The notes under the pieces: model-generated | Database searches by the model: none | What the model was told of the DNA's origin: nothing | The model's input: the letters and a program-made list of their open reading frames with translations, nothing else | Origin: the human T2T-CHM13v2.0 reference genome, Homo sapiens | Assembly (NCBI RefSeq): GCF_009914755.1 | Contig: NC_060931.1 | Strand: one strand, 5' to 3' | DNA length: 64,000 nt | Made by a program: the position numbers and the translations under genes | Shown: positions 30,506 through 45,610 of the stretch, piece after piece | Numbering within the stretch: the first letter of the stretch is position 1 | Layout: the number at the start of each line of letters is the position of its first letter

Positions 30506-33329
30506 TTAAAATATATTTCCTTTAAGTTACTGGATCAAGGGGTGTGAACATTTTAAGGTTCTTGAGTGCAGTATCAAATTGCTCTGGTAAAGGATTGTAC
30601 CAATTTACACTGCTACCAGCAGGGTGTGGGTGTACATTTTCAACAACTTGCCAGCACCGAATTTCATCATTTAAAAAGGGTTTACAGATTGTACATAATT
30701 TAATTTAATATAAACTAATAAATTACTGTGTCCAACTTTTGAGCATGCTTAAATTTTTTCCCCATTTCTTTTTTGGTGGCATCCCTACTATTTCATAAAC
30801 TGCTTGAGGGCAGTTTACAAACCTTGCACATTGTAGAAAATCAATAATTGCTTTTTGAAACAATGAATAATTCAGGGAATCCCTGCTCCCAATAATTCTT
30901 CAGTTTTGATAATAGCAGTGGGTTTTGGGTTGTTTTGGTTTCAAGATAAACTAAATTACACTTTATTTCACTGATGTTGGCAGCCCCAGAGGACTCTGTT
31001 TGCAGGAAAAAAAATGTATGAAGATTTTCCTAGGTGGGAAGTAGACCTCTCCCACACAACAAGAAGAGCAGCTAAATCATTGCTCTTTTCTCCCAGTCTC
31101 TCCCTGCACTCCCATCTGATTTCCTGTCTGCTCCTGAAAAGCCAGCTCAATATGAACTAAGGAAAAGCTATTTGTAGTGCTCATGGGAGGAAAAAGAACA
31201 CAAATAGGCTCTTCCTAAACTATTGAGCTTAGCTTTCACTCTTTCCAGCAGGAAAAGGGTCATGCATGTCCAGGTGATACTACTTGTACTTTGGTACCCA
31301 TTGATTGGGACAGTGTGTGCTGATGAAAAGGTGCTGTGAATTCAGTAATGCTTTTTAAATACGTATTTTAATTTCAATAATGTCTACATAAATTTCAAAA
31401 ACAGCAATTAAAAAATATGCTTGAGACCAATTTATCCGGCTACACCTATTTGGTGCATATTTGCATTCTTAGATTCCTTAAATGTCCTCTGCACAAAGGT
31501 TAGGAAACTGTGCCCTGACAATAAAGCAGTATCTTATTAGAACTAAGAGATTAACCAGTAAAGAGGACTAGAGAAGTCGTTGTTAACTGATACTTTATTA
31601 GTATTTAATACAGTAACCTGCCTCTGCTAGAAGTAAGGACTCCTCCTCAACTTTTAAAGATAGCTAATTTTATAACTCTGCTTCCTACCTGTTCACCTTT
31701 TTCTCATTGGTGACAGCAACAAACAATTAATGGCTTTCTTAAATGTCTTGCTGTCTGAAATAAGATCTTTTTCCAATTAAAAAGTAACAAAGGCTGCATC
31801 TCTCCTCTGTTTCCTTCTTTGGCTGTAACATCTTGACATCTCTCTCTCTGTCTCCTGTTTTATCCAAGACCGAGTTACATGAAAACAAAATGGGTCATAG
31901 GCTTCCATTGTGGGGGCGGGGCGGGGGGGCAGATTATTTGTGACTTTGGTTTTAAAGAAAATTTATGCTGGTGGTTTGCAGAAAGTTGACATATATCCTA
32001 GGGTTCCCTTGTCAGAGGGCAGCAGGGTCCCCATGGGTTCACATCGTTGCCTGGACAAGGAGTCTTTGTACCCTAGTGGTGCCTGGGTTGTCGCAGGGAT
32101 GGGGTAACTCATTTATTCACACTCTTTCTCCTTTCCTGTTTCCTTCAAAGATACCCTGGTCCTAGTTGACTCTACTTTACTGTTCAAAATTCAGCTCAAC
32201 ATATGTCAAGCTGTACGTTCTTAAACTCAAGGAAACAGAAAGGTTATAACCCCGTGGTTTCCAAGCCTGGCTTTTCATCAGAGTCTCTTGGTGAACTTTT
32301 AGAAAATCCATATTCTTGCCCCCACAGCCATTCTGATTCATTAGGACTGCTTGGGGCCATGGAACTTATATTTGAAAAAGCTCTCCTTGTGTTTCTGATG
32401 ATCAGTCCAGTTTCAGAACACCAAGCTAGCCAGGCTCCCAGGGTAAGACCTCCTTGAGTATCATCTCTGGCAGGTGGTTCTATAACCTCCACTGTAAAAC
32501 CTCCAGCCATGGGACGCTCACCACTTTTTATGAGTGGCCTGAGTTGAGACATTCTTCCTTGTGCTGAGTGGAAAGGCATTTCCACCACAATAATTTCTAC
32601 CTGTTGATTTCAATTATGCCTGTTGGAGCAATACCAAAAAAAGTTATTCTTCCCCATAATAAACTTTCAAATATTTCAACCTCTCAAGCAGTTATTGTTT
32701 CCTTCTCAGGATCTCTCTTCCCTTTTCCAGACTCTTAGTCCGGGGTCCTTCTCTGATTATGGTTGGAGTGAGAGTGTTGATTATGTGCCAAGTGCTTTAG
32801 ACCTGTCTTTTAGATAAAGTCTTGAGGGAAATTTATGGTGTCACTATCTTCCCAGTATTTGGGATGAGAAGACCAAGGGCTAGAGAAGTCATATGACCTG
32901 CCCCAGCTCCCACAGCTAAGTAGCTAAATTGAAATTTGAACACTCTATCTGACTCCAAATTCTACATCCTCAACTAACATGTTATGCTTCAGAATTTTTC
33001 TTTCTTTGTTTTTAAATGCGAAATAACAAATGCTAAATGTGCATTAAATCAAGGTATGTAAAAGTAAAACCGTCCAGTTTAAAATTCTACTCTAGAGGCT
33101 GCCACTGCCAAATTTGAGAAGGCCCTCTGCAGCCCACCACCACAAGCTGGAAGTTATAGTCACAGCAGAGGGGAGCCTTCGCCTCCTTTGCTCTGGACAC
33201 CATCTGCAGTGACTGCGGCCTCCAACTGCACTGTGGGCTTGGAGCAGTGAGTAGGTTTCTTTTGACCTTGAAGCAACTAGACCCTGAGTTTTTTGTTTGC
33301 TTTAAATAAACTTGTTCAGATGGCACTCA

Positions 33330-33881
33330 TTTTATATCCTTGCAAATGTGTTTCTTGGTCTTAGAAGGACTTTATATCTATCTCCATTATTTTTCTTGTT
33401 GGTTGTGATCCATTATATCAACTTATATAGATCTTTCAGTTCTTTCAATTTGATCACCGATTAAATTATCTCGCTCAATGTCATTCTCAGATCTTAATAC
33501 ATGTGATGCCTCTCTTTGTCCAAATAATTGATAAGAGCTTTGTTAAAGGTAGGACCAAGGACAGAGTCTTTGAGCACTTGTAGGGGAATTAATCAATTAA
33601 TACTCCTGGGCTACAGTTTTTCAACCAAATATGAACACACCTGATTGTATTATCATTCAGTCTTGTCTATAAGGGCATGAAAAATTTGGTCAAATGCCTT
33701 TCTGGCCACAGCATTTTCCTGATTAATCCAGTAAGTTTATTCAAAAAAGGAAGTATTCAATTTTATTCTTGGCAAACCTATGTGAGTTCCTACATACCAT
33801 CACCTTTTCTTCTTAGGGTTCAGAAAATATTTCTTTTATGGTCTGTGCAAGAACTTTGCTGTGGATTGATACCAAACTTAC
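33330..33881 (-). mobile_element. CR1/L3, left part of the host split by the Gypsy fossil (more L3 at about 32430-32800)
   Basis: ggaccaaggacagagtc, ttttcaaccaaatatgaacacacctgattgtattatcattcag, ggtcaaatgcctttctg, ending ggattgataccaaacttac. Confidence 0.65.
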
Positions 33882-34320
33882 ATTTTGGCTGGGCTTCAAG
33901 TGACTCAGAAAGGGGCTGGGTTCAGGCTGGGATGTCTGGAGCCTGTAGTGGTGGCAAGGCAAAGGCCAGCAGGGATAGTGAATAGAGGCCTCAGTGATGA
34001 GGTGGGTGCGTTGGTTAATTGCACAGGTGATAGGGCTGGCTAATTAGGGTAGGGAATTGACTAGCTGTCAGTGAGGTGAACTGAAGAATCCACCCTATGA
34101 AGGTGTCAAGGGGCAGGGAAAGAACAAGAATGGAATCAAGGTAGATGTCTCTTCAGAGAGCAGCCAACTGGGCAGAGAAAGGCTGGAGGCTGAAGCTTGA
34201 TTAATGTACACTATGGTAGAAACCATGAAAGCCCAAGGATCCAGGAGGTGAAGCTGATGTAAGTCAAGGGTGAGAAACGGTCTTGGGGAACTGAGGCCTC
34301 ATCGGGGCTTGTGATGAGAC
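33882..34320 (-). mobile_element. Candidate 3' LTR of the Gypsy fossil
   Basis: G-rich on the plus strand; shares ggcaag-N-agcagggatag-gaat with 41094-41124; begins where the L3 stops. Confidence 0.4.
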
Positions 34321-34539
34321 AACTGTATTCCCTGTCTCAGCAAATGATGCCAACTACCCAGTTGTCCAAACCAGAAACCTGGTGTCCTCCTGGAGTCCTA
34401 CTGCTCCCTCAGTCTCCCCATAGCCACTTGAATTATCAAGCCCTATCATTCCTACCTCCCTCTAATAGTTCTCAGTGCCCATTTCTCTACATTGTTCTAC
34501 CACCCTTGCCACTGTCATCTCTTCCCTGACCCCCCATTT

Positions 34540-36120
<1,581 letters not shown>

Positions 36121-37669
36121 TGACTCTTGTCATCTCACTCTTGAATCACAAGTCCTCTAGCCTCCAGATGTGGCTTCCCATTCAGTCTGTGTATTGTAGT
36201 TACAGCCCTTATTTTGAAATAAACTTGATCATATCTCTCTCGGGCTTAAAAAGTCTTCAGTGGTTTTCCTGGCACCTTCAGAATAAAATAAAGCCCTTCA
36301 GCATGGGATACCTGCCCCTTCCTAGGGAGGCCTCACTTCTCACGCCCCCCTGCTTCATCTTGCATGCCTCAGACTCTGGTGGTCCGTCTACTGGTTGATC
36401 ATAGTGCTCTTTTATGCTATTGGACATGTTACTCCTGCTGCCAGAAATATCTGCCTCCCACCTAACTCCCGTTCACCTAACTCCCATTCACCTACTTGCT
36501 GCTCTACTCAGTATGTCTCCTCTGTCTACCACAACCTGCTCCCCATTATGAGAAATGTGCCCTTCTTTGAATGCCCTTATCTTATTTCTTTCATAGAACA
36601 TAATTGCTCTGTGTTGGAATGATAGATTTATCTGCTTGTCTCCTCTCTAGATTGTGAGATCCATGAGAGCCCAGAAAATATCTTAGGGTCCCTAGTGCTT
36701 AGCACAGAGCTTGGCATATGGAGGTAAGCAAAAAGATTTTTTAAATCCAGTTGTCCATCCACTCATCCATTCAATATGAATGAGAGAACAGCCCTTTTTT
36801 AAAGAGGGATGGCCTTTTCTTAAAAGACCTCTATCTTGAGGCATTATTTTCCCTTATTCAAGTCCCAGTTTATTAGGTCCTGGTACTTAATGGTGATAAA
36901 AGGGCATTATTATTGAAAGGTTGGGTATGTCAGGGGCACAATATTAGTTCAAACAGTGAACTGAAGCTTTTTTGCCTGGAATCCATTGGCTTCTTTGATG
37001 GGGATAGGAAGCAGCCTGGGACTATTGCTGTGACATGACATCAATCTTGGTGGCTAACGGGAAGGGGTTATGAAGAAGGGGGTGGACTTGGGGGATGAAG
37101 AGGACCTGTGGCTCCAGTCCACCAGAATGAATGACCTAGGCCATGGGAAGTAAGACTGGGAAGTGTTTTTCATCTTCTTAGAGTTTGGGATATATGGATG
37201 AATTGAGTGAAATGAGGATTTTAGTGAGTATCTCTACTAGGTTCCTGACAGGGATGGTTTCTCCAGGGATTCAACTGAATCTTATAGGTAGATCTGATCT
37301 GGTGAAAGATAAGGTATAAATTGGCCTGTCAACAGGACATTCGTACTGGTAGTTATTACTACCATGATGGCTTTAAGAGATTTTGGGGGCTGGCAAGAAG
37401 TAGAGTAAATGTAGCAGAACAGATGGATGTTATAGGGAAAATATAGCTGTAAGGAACAGTGAGAGCTTAGTGATGGTGGCAGTAGAGCATAAAAGACAAA
37501 TTATCTTTAACTTTGGCTTTGCAAAAATTGGGGTATAAAGTGGGGCTATATTACTGAAGCAGTCCGATTAGGAGGATTCATAAAAATGAAATGCATTTCA
37601 TATGCACATCTGGGCAGCTATAGCCACTGTAGGTTTCTTGTAGGTCTGATAGAAAATGAGCCCTGTTGG

Positions 37670-37717
37670 TGAATACCTTAGCCAATATGATGAATACCTT
37701 AGCCAATATGATGAATA
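37670..37717. repeat. Perfect 21-bp tandem duplication
   Basis: tgaataccttagccaatatga x2 plus tgaata. Confidence 0.95.
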
Positions 37718-38208
37718 GTAGTGAAAGGCTGTACCTTGGGAGGCTCAGGATTATACTGATGCACCCATCACTCACAGTTACTAGACATGTGGCAGAGACT
37801 GAATAAAGGGTTGACCCAGGGACACTCCTTGAATATGTCCCCTTTTTTTGATCAGCATATCCTTCTAACCTCCTAGAAGTTCCAATTTACAAAATGTAAT
37901 GGTGGGAATGAACAAAGAAGTAAGGCACAATTACTCTATCTGGGTGTTAGGGGTACTTGGCCTCTGTGGTTGACACAGCAAGGCTGAGTTGTGGTAAATT
38001 CTTGCACATTCTTGCCCATTGATCCTGCCGCCTTGAGCAGGGCCAGGTAGCCAGTCCTGTGGTCTAGAACATAACCCCCGTGGTTTTGGACGCTCAGGGT
38101 GCTGTGTGTGTTGATGTTGAATGAGTAGGCTTGGTTCTTAGTTGAGCTTTCAGAACTCTGGAAATGCTTGAGTTTGCAGTGACTCGTGCACAGTAGAATG
38201 GAATGCCT

Positions 38209-38718
38209 AGTATTCCATGGTGTATATGTGCCACATTTTCTTAATCCAGTCTATCATTGTTGGACATTTGGGTTGGTTCCAAGTCTTTGCTATTGTGAAT
38301 AGTGCCGCAATAAACATACATGTGCACGTGTCTTTATAGCAGCATGATTTATAATCCTTTGGGTGTATAGCCATAAAAAATGATGAGTTCATGTCCTTTA
38401 TAGGGACATGGATGAAGCTGGAAACCATCATTCTCAGCAAACTATCGCAAGGACAAAAAACCAAACACTGCATGTTCTCACTCATAGGTGGGAATTGAGC
38501 AATGAGAACACATGGACACAGGAAGGGGAACATCACACCCCGGGGCCTGTTGTGGGTTGAGGGGAGGGAGGAGGGATAGCATTAGGAGATATACCTAATG
38601 TTAAATGACGAGTTAATGGGTGCAGCACACCAACATGGCACATGTATATATATGTAACAAACCTGCACGTTGTGCACATGTACCGTAAAACTTAAAATAT
38701 AGTAAAAAGAAAAAAAAA
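38209..38718 (+). mobile_element. L1PA (L1PA3/4-like), 5'-truncated with 5' inversion
   Basis: Antisense ORF2 end 38209-38369, sense 3' end plus poly(A) 38369-38718; TSD agaatggaatgcct at 38195-38208 and 38719-38732; GAG (not ACA) at the diagnostic site. Confidence 0.95.
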
Positions 38719-38823
38719 AGAATGGAATGCCTGATTCTGCATCCCTCTAGATGGGATCAACAGGATCAAAACATGACCTTGATGGCCAAGCCAAGTTCTC
38801 TTTTTCCCAAAGGGTTTAAATTT

Positions 38824-39020
38824 GCCCTATTTAATATGGTAGCCGTAGCCATATGTATTTATATTAAATTCAAATTAATCAAAATTTAAAAATTAGTTAC
38901 TTAGTCACACTAGCTACATTTTACATGCTCAGTAGCCACATAAAGCCAGTGGCTGCTGTATTGAACAGTGCTGATTATGGAATATTTCCATCACTGCAAA
39001 AGGTTCTGTTGGACAGCAGT
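38824..39020. mobile_element. MER3/MER33 (hAT-Charlie)
   Basis: aatatggtagcc...gtcacactagctacattt...atgctcagtagccaca...gttctgttggacagc. Confidence 0.8.
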
Positions 39021-39503
39021 AATCCAGATCTCCTTTGTAGAAGAATTGGCACCTGGGGCTGCCTGATCTTCAAGGGGCACATCACAGAGCATGGTGTTGA
39101 CCCATCTGGATACCATGTTTGAAGTTGACATGGCCCAGAAATTTGACTTCCACCAGTTAAAAATGTACTTCGACAGTTTTGTATTTAACCTGTAAATCCA
39201 GAAGCATGTCAGGGCCTTCTGGATGGAGCACTGTGAAATTAGCATACACTTCAAACCCTCTTCCCTAAAAGATCATGCACTACTGTGCTGTACATGGTAG
39301 ACCTATCTCATAGGGTAGGCTTCAGCAAATACTCTTTGACAAATAATTGGTTCTGTGCTGATGATAAGCCTAATAGGTGAAAGATGGTCTTTCCCTTAAA
39401 AAATTGAGATATATGATACCAGTCTCATAAACTCTAATTCACAAGCCCTGGCATTATGAGAGGCACTTAAAGTATGAATGGTGTTAAGATTATCCTTTAA
39501 TTT

Positions 39504-40004
39504 TGCAGTAGGCAAATGACCTCCCAAAGATATTCACTTCCTAATCCCCGGAATTTGGGAATACATTACCTTACATGACAAAGGGGATTTGCAGATGTGA
39601 ATAAGTGAAGGATTTTGAGATGGGGAGACTATCCTGGATAATCCCAGTGGGACTCATGTAATCACACAAGTTCTTAAAAGTGGAGAACTTTTCCCTGCTG
39701 TGGTCACAGAGAAAAACGCAACCAATGTAAGAACGGTCAGAGAGATTCAACATTGTTGGCTTTGAAGATAGAGGAAGAGACCACAAGCCGAAGAATGCAG
39801 GCAGGCTCTAGAAGCTGGGAAAGAGAAGGAAACGTATTCTCTGCAGAGCTACCAAAATGCATACATCCCTGTCTACACCTTGATTTTAACCTGGTGAGAC
39901 CTGTATTGGGCTTCTGACCTATAGAACTCTAAGATAATAACTATATGTTGTTGAACATGCTAAGTTTGTGGGAATTGTAACAATAGCAATGGGAAATGAA
40001 TACA
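39504..40004 (+). mobile_element. MLT1D/E-like solo LTR
   Basis: cccaaagatattcacttcctaatcccc...gagatggggagactatcctggat...gggaaatgaataca. Confidence 0.88.
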
Positions 40005-40934
40005 CCTTTTATACAGTGGAGGATGACTAAATAATTTATTTTGAAAATACAACTGTCACAAGGATGAAATATTCATGATCACAAATTGGTGCATTCTTAA
40101 CTGTGGATAATTATGTATGAAGCCAAATTGTAATAAAACTGTTATTTGCCAAACATAGAAACCTTGCTTCGTGACTAGGCTGAGCCCAGAGTGTTATTCT
40201 CTTCTTCTGCCTGTTATGTATCTGGGCAATTGTAGGGCCTTTGCAGGTGAATCCAGTAGAGAACATGCTAAGAATGAGCAGCAGTCATGCATGACTGTAT
40301 CATTGAAAGCCTTCTAGCCATTTTACAGCTTCACCTCCGTGGTTTTATTTTTTCAGAGGGGACTGAAGGAGATGAATGGATAATAAACTATGGCTAAAAA
40401 CTTGGTCTGGATGAACTCTTTGATGCGGGGCATCAGGGGGGTGGGGGTGATGGGTGCGTACCATGGGATCAGTAGCCCTGCACCAGCTCAGAGGTATAAT
40501 TGTGAGGCTGGTGGAAATGCTCATCGGGGAGAAGGAAATCAGGATCACAGCTTCTGAGGACTGAACATGCTCTCAAATATAGAATCATTAATGGCCTTGG
40601 CATTCATGGTGTTAGCCTTGACTCAAATGAGAATGCCTCGACCCTTCCCAGGTTCTCCGAGGCCCCTAAGTAGACTGTCACTGGGACTTGGGGACATGGA
40701 GCTCAGTTAATGGCCTCTTATTTTTACTATGCCATAGCATCCACCTGATTTCTGGAAGGCATTGCTTCACTTTCATAGACAGAAGATGTAACGACTGCCA
40801 CGAAGATCCCTGGAGCTCTGCCTGGCGATTCTCACTCCCACTGGGTAGCTGACAAATTTTCCCTGAGAAGACATGGTTTCCTCCAGCAGCAGCAGAAGGA
40901 GTCATGGGTTTTTCTGTTTCATGGCTCAAACTGT

Positions 40935-41540
<606 letters not shown>

Positions 41541-41541
41541 A

Positions 41542-41680
41542 TCAAGCTTCTCCAACCCATGGCCCACAGGCTCCATGTGGCCCAGGATGGCTTTGAATGT
41601 GGCCCAGCACAAATTTGTAAACTTTCTTAAAACATTATGAGATTTTTTGGTGATTTTTTTAGCTCATAACTATTGTTATC
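41542..41680 (+). mobile_element. MER30 fragment
   Basis: ggcccaggatggctttgaatgtggcccagcacaaatttgtaaactttcttaaaacattatgag. Confidence 0.85.
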
Positions 41681-43196
41681 ATCTCCAGAAGGTGTTCAAT
41701 TTACCTTGTCTAGATCCATTAGAGGAATCACTGTCTATGACAGCTGTAGCTTTATGAAATGTATTATATTTCTTAAATAGTAAAACTTGAAAGTTGAAAT
41801 TATATATTGATCCATGGGCTGCAGAATGAATGTTGTGTTAGCAAGTATGAAAACATCATTAATCTCCTTACACATCTCCATCAGAGCTCTTACGTAACCA
41901 GTGCATTGTCAATGAACAGTAATATTTTGAAAGGAATCTTTTTTTCTGAGTAGGTCTCAACAGTGGACTTAAAATATTCAGTAAAAGCATGCTGTAAAAA
42001 GGTGTGCTGTCATCTAGGCTTTGTTATTCCATTTATAGAGCACAAAGCAGATTTAGCCTAATTCTGAAGATCCCTAGGATTTTTTAAATAGTGAATGAAC
42101 ATTGGCGTCAACTTAAAGTCACCAGTTGCCTTAGCCTATAACAAGAGAGTCAGTCTGTTCTTTGAAGTCTGAAGCCAGGTATTGACTTCTCCTTTCTAGC
42201 TATACAAGTTCTAGGTGGCATCTAGATGGCATCTTCTCCCAATAGAAAGCTGTTTTGTCTAAGTTGAAAATCTGTTGTTTAATGTAACCACCTTCATCAA
42301 TGATCTTAGCTAGATATTCTGGATCTTGCACTTTTATGTGCACAAAGATGTCTTTTATGTTAACTAGATGACTTCTTTCCTTAAACCTCATGAACCACCC
42401 TCTGGTGGCTTTAAACTTCTCTTCTGCAGCTTCCTCACCTCTCTCAGTCTTCATTGTACTGAAGAGACTTGCTCTGAATTAGGCTTTGGGCTTAAGAGAA
42501 TGTCGTGGCTTGTTTGATCTATTTAGACCACTAAAACTTTCTTCATGTCAACAACAAGGCTGTTTCACTTTCTTATGATTTGTGTGGTTACTGGAGTAGC
42601 AATTTTAATTTCCTTTAAGAACTTTTCTTTTGCATTTACAACTTGGTTAACAGGAGCAAGAGGCCCTGCTTTTGGCCTGTTTCAGCTTTGGGCATGCCTT
42701 CCTCAACTAAGCTTAGTCATTTCTAGCTTTTGATTGAAAGTGAGAGATGTGTGATTCTTCCTTCCACTTGAACAGTTAGAGGCCATTATAGGGTTATTAA
42801 TTGGCCTAATTTCAATATTTTTGTGTCTCAGGGCATGGGGAGGCCTGAGGAGAGGAAAGAGATGGGAAAATGGCTGGTTTCTGGAGCAGGAAGCACACAC
42901 ATATATTTATTTATTAGGTTTGACACTTTATATGGGTGCAGTTTGTGTCACCCCCAAACAATTACAATAGTAACATCAAAGACCACTGATCACAGATCAC
43001 CATAGCAGATATAATATTGAAATATTGCAAGAATTACAAAAATGTGAGCCAGAGACATGAAGTGAGCACATGCTGTTGGAAAAATTGCACTGATAGGTCT
43101 TGCTCAACACAAGGTTGCCACAAACCTTCATTAAAGAAAAAATGCAATATCTGCAAAGGGAAATAAAGTGAAGTGCAATAAAACAAGGTGTATCTG
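41681..43196 (-). mobile_element. Tigger1 5' portion with transposase remnant
   Basis: Terminal cagatacaccttgttttattgc next to TA at 43197; ORF 42200-42454 [50 protein letters not shown] is pogo/Tigger transposase. Confidence 0.92.
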
Positions 43197-43199
43197 TAG

Positions 43200-43480
43200 T
43201 TGTGCTGCTGCAAAAATTATCTGTGCTCTGTCTATTCATCCTTTCCCCCTCCCAATCCCTGGCAACCACTGATCTTTTTCCTGTCTCCATCGTTTTGCCT
43301 TTTCCAGAATGTCATACAGTTGGGATAATAAAGACAGTACGTAGCCTTTCAGATTGGCTTCTTTCACTTAGTAGTACGCATTTAAGCTTCTTTCATGTCT
43401 TTTCATGGCTTGGCAACTCATTTCTTTCTAGTACTGAATGATACTCTATTGTCCGGATGTATCGCAGTTTTTAAAATCCG
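43200..43480 (-). mobile_element. L1MC-type 3' fragment
   Basis: ccctggcaaccactgatctttt...cctttcagattggcttctttcacttag, similar to 15830-16100. Confidence 0.8.
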
Positions 43481-43857
43481 CTTACCAACTCTTAACTTTT
43501 AATCCAGTGATTTTCAAACTGGGGCCTTTGGAGATCTGGGCTGAATGTGTATTCTTGAGGACTCAAGAGTTTTAGAATTTGAGAGATAACTAGCCAAGCA
43601 TATAGTATGTGCTCAATAAGTATAATCATTAGTGACAGAATTACGACTATTGTAAAAGAAGCTACAAGTGTTGTGAAGCAGGGCTGGGTGGGGCATGTGT
43701 TCACAAGCGTTATCCCAGAGAGGAGAGGCATGTCAACGGGATTTGTAGTCAATGCTGTTTATTTGCAGCTGGAGAGGGTTTGAACTTCCTGGACAGCTGC
43801 CTGGGGCTGCCCAGCCTTCAAGGGCCACATTCCTGGGGCAGATGCTGGACACTGCTG

Positions 43858-44110
43858 TGGCCTGACAGTTTCTGACAGCCCCATTTTAAAAACCTGGAAC
43901 ATTTTCTTACCTTGAGTTTTCTGGCACTGTTCCCTTGCTCAGTGATTTTCAGAGATTACGGTGTGATTCCTCAATTACCTCTGAAAGGTCTTCCTGTTCC
44001 CTGGGCTGTAATTCATGGGGCCTGGAGACCTGAACTCATTTGGGCTGCTCGGGGCTCCCTAAATCTCTGTCCATCCATCTTTAGCTTCTGTTCTCTCTTA
44101 ACCATCTGTG
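43858..44110 (-). mobile_element. CR1/L3, right part of the split host
   Basis: tctggcactgttcccttgctcagtgattttc...ccctgggctgtaattcatggggcctggagacctgaactcattt. Confidence 0.65.
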
Positions 44111-44619
44111 TTCTGCTCCACTAATATTGGAGATTTTGCTTCCAGATGGCAAGGCTAGAGTAAAATTGCAGCTGGGCAGTGTCGTCATCTGTTCCACCAT
44201 CTACCCCAGGCCATCACCTTCCTTTGTTCATCTTCTTACCTGAAACACAATTTTACAAGGTCCATGTTTTGCTATCTGAGCACTGCACAGGCCTGAGGTC
44301 AGAGCTGTGACCATGACCCAGCCTCTCCTGTACTGTCCTTTGTCTGTGCTCCCCTCTACCTGCATAGTGAAATGCTCCCTGCACTGACACACAGCTCAGG
44401 AGTTTAAGTACCTCCTCCCTTGTGTTCATCTGGATTATGCCTTACTGTATTTCCAGAATTTCATTTTTTTAGAGCCCTCTGCTTCTTAAGTCATATTTTG
44501 TTTTAGGGACGGGGTTCTCAACCCTGGCTGCACATTAAAATGATTGGAGAAATCAAACCTCTAGGGTATGGTTTTCCAGTTAATCATAAAAAAATCTCTC
44601 ATGTTTATGTTCTCCATAT

Positions 44620-45610
44620 AATCATAAAAGAAAAAAGTATTAAAATGAGCTTCATCAAAATTAAACATTCCTGTTCATCAAAAGCTACTGTTAAGAAAAA
44701 GAAACAAATCACAGACTGGCAGAAAATATTTGCTACACATATATCTGACAAAGGACTTATAACCAGTATAGATTAGCAATTGCTACAATTGAGTAATAAA
44801 AAGAAGAAATTGATCAAAAAGCTTGAACAGGCACTTCACAAAGGAAAATTTGTAAATGATCAGTAAATACATAAAAAGGCATTTAACATCAGTAGTCATA
44901 AGGGAAATGTGAATTAAAACCTACTAACATGGCTAAAATTTAAAAATGACAACACCAAATGTTGGCAAGGATGCAGACCAACTGGAACTCTCATTTGTTT
45001 CTGGTAGGAGTATAAAGTGGTACAACCACTTTGGATACTGTTCTGGCAGTTTCTCATAAAGTGAAACATACACCTACCCAATGACCAAAAACACTACTTC
45101 TAGGTGTCTACCCAAGATAAATGAAAATAGACACAAACTAGTAGACTTAAAAGCTTTATTAATAATAGCCCAAACTGGAAACCATCCAAATGTTCCTCAA
45201 CTAGAAAACTAATAAACAAATTGTGGTATATCTCTACCATAAAATACTGCTCAGTAATGGAGAAGGAGCAAACTACTGGTTCCCATGACAACACAGATGA
45301 ACCTGGAAAACATGATGCTGAGGGGAAGAGATCACACACAAAAGGGTACCTACTACATAATTTCACTTATATAAAGTTCTAGAACAAGTAAACTAAAATA
45401 CAGAGAACCAGAGCGGAGGTTGTTTCTAAGACAGGGCATCTATGAGTGTCTGGAAACTGCCAGAGAGAACTTTCTGGAATGTGTCTGATGTCTTGATAAT
45501 GGTGGGTTGTTACAAGGCATAGGCATTTATCAAAACCCATTTTCAAATGATGTCTTAAGTGTTGTATATTTATTATCTATACATGCAATTTACAAATTAT
45601 ATATCAGTAA
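44620..45610 (+). mobile_element. Old L1 (L1M) 3' region
   Basis: cttcatcaaaattaaa, acagactggcagaaaatatttgc, caaatgttggcaaggatgc, caaactggaaaccatccaaatg. Confidence 0.8.

Larger units (their letters stand above)
36780..40934 (-). mobile_element. Decayed Ty3/Gypsy (sushi/chromovirus-like) internal region, gag-PR linker-RT-RNase H-integrase; non-coding
   Basis: Minus-strand translations: HQPHNYTSELVQG (40513-40475), IKEFIQ..KNKTTEVKL*NG*KAFN..LLDS (40433-40221), GLSSA (39370-39356), VHDLL (39280-39266), KLSKYIF then EVKFLGHV (39150-39127), RELGLAIK..HLEG..HSILLCTSH (38803-38180, across the L1), AIMVV (37371), LLPMA*V (37153), STPFF (37086). Confidence 0.85.

Noticed and set aside
36850-37145. 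Alternative retroviral-type integrase alignment (PW..DW.TGPL, NNAPFIT)
   Set aside because: Needs extra frameshifts and conflicts with the better colinear AIMVV/LLPMA/TPFF placement
38207-38536. 109-aa ORF with L1 ORF2 C-terminal sequence
   Set aside because: Artefact of the inversion junction in the truncated L1
39050-39110. Plus-strand IFKGHITEHGVDP resembling an RT motif
   Set aside because: Opposite strand to all other motifs; the matching EVKFLGHV is on the minus strand
40282-40297. 16-bp palindrome cagtcatgcatgactg
   Set aside because: Isolated, lies within the RT remnant, no supporting context
36780-40934. Gypsy remnant as a functional domesticated RTL/Mart gene
   Set aside because: Many stops, frameshifts and insertions; the catalytic YxDD reads VHD
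42200-42454. Transposase-like ORF as a TIGD-type gene
   Set aside because: Short remnant of a decayed, truncated Tigger1
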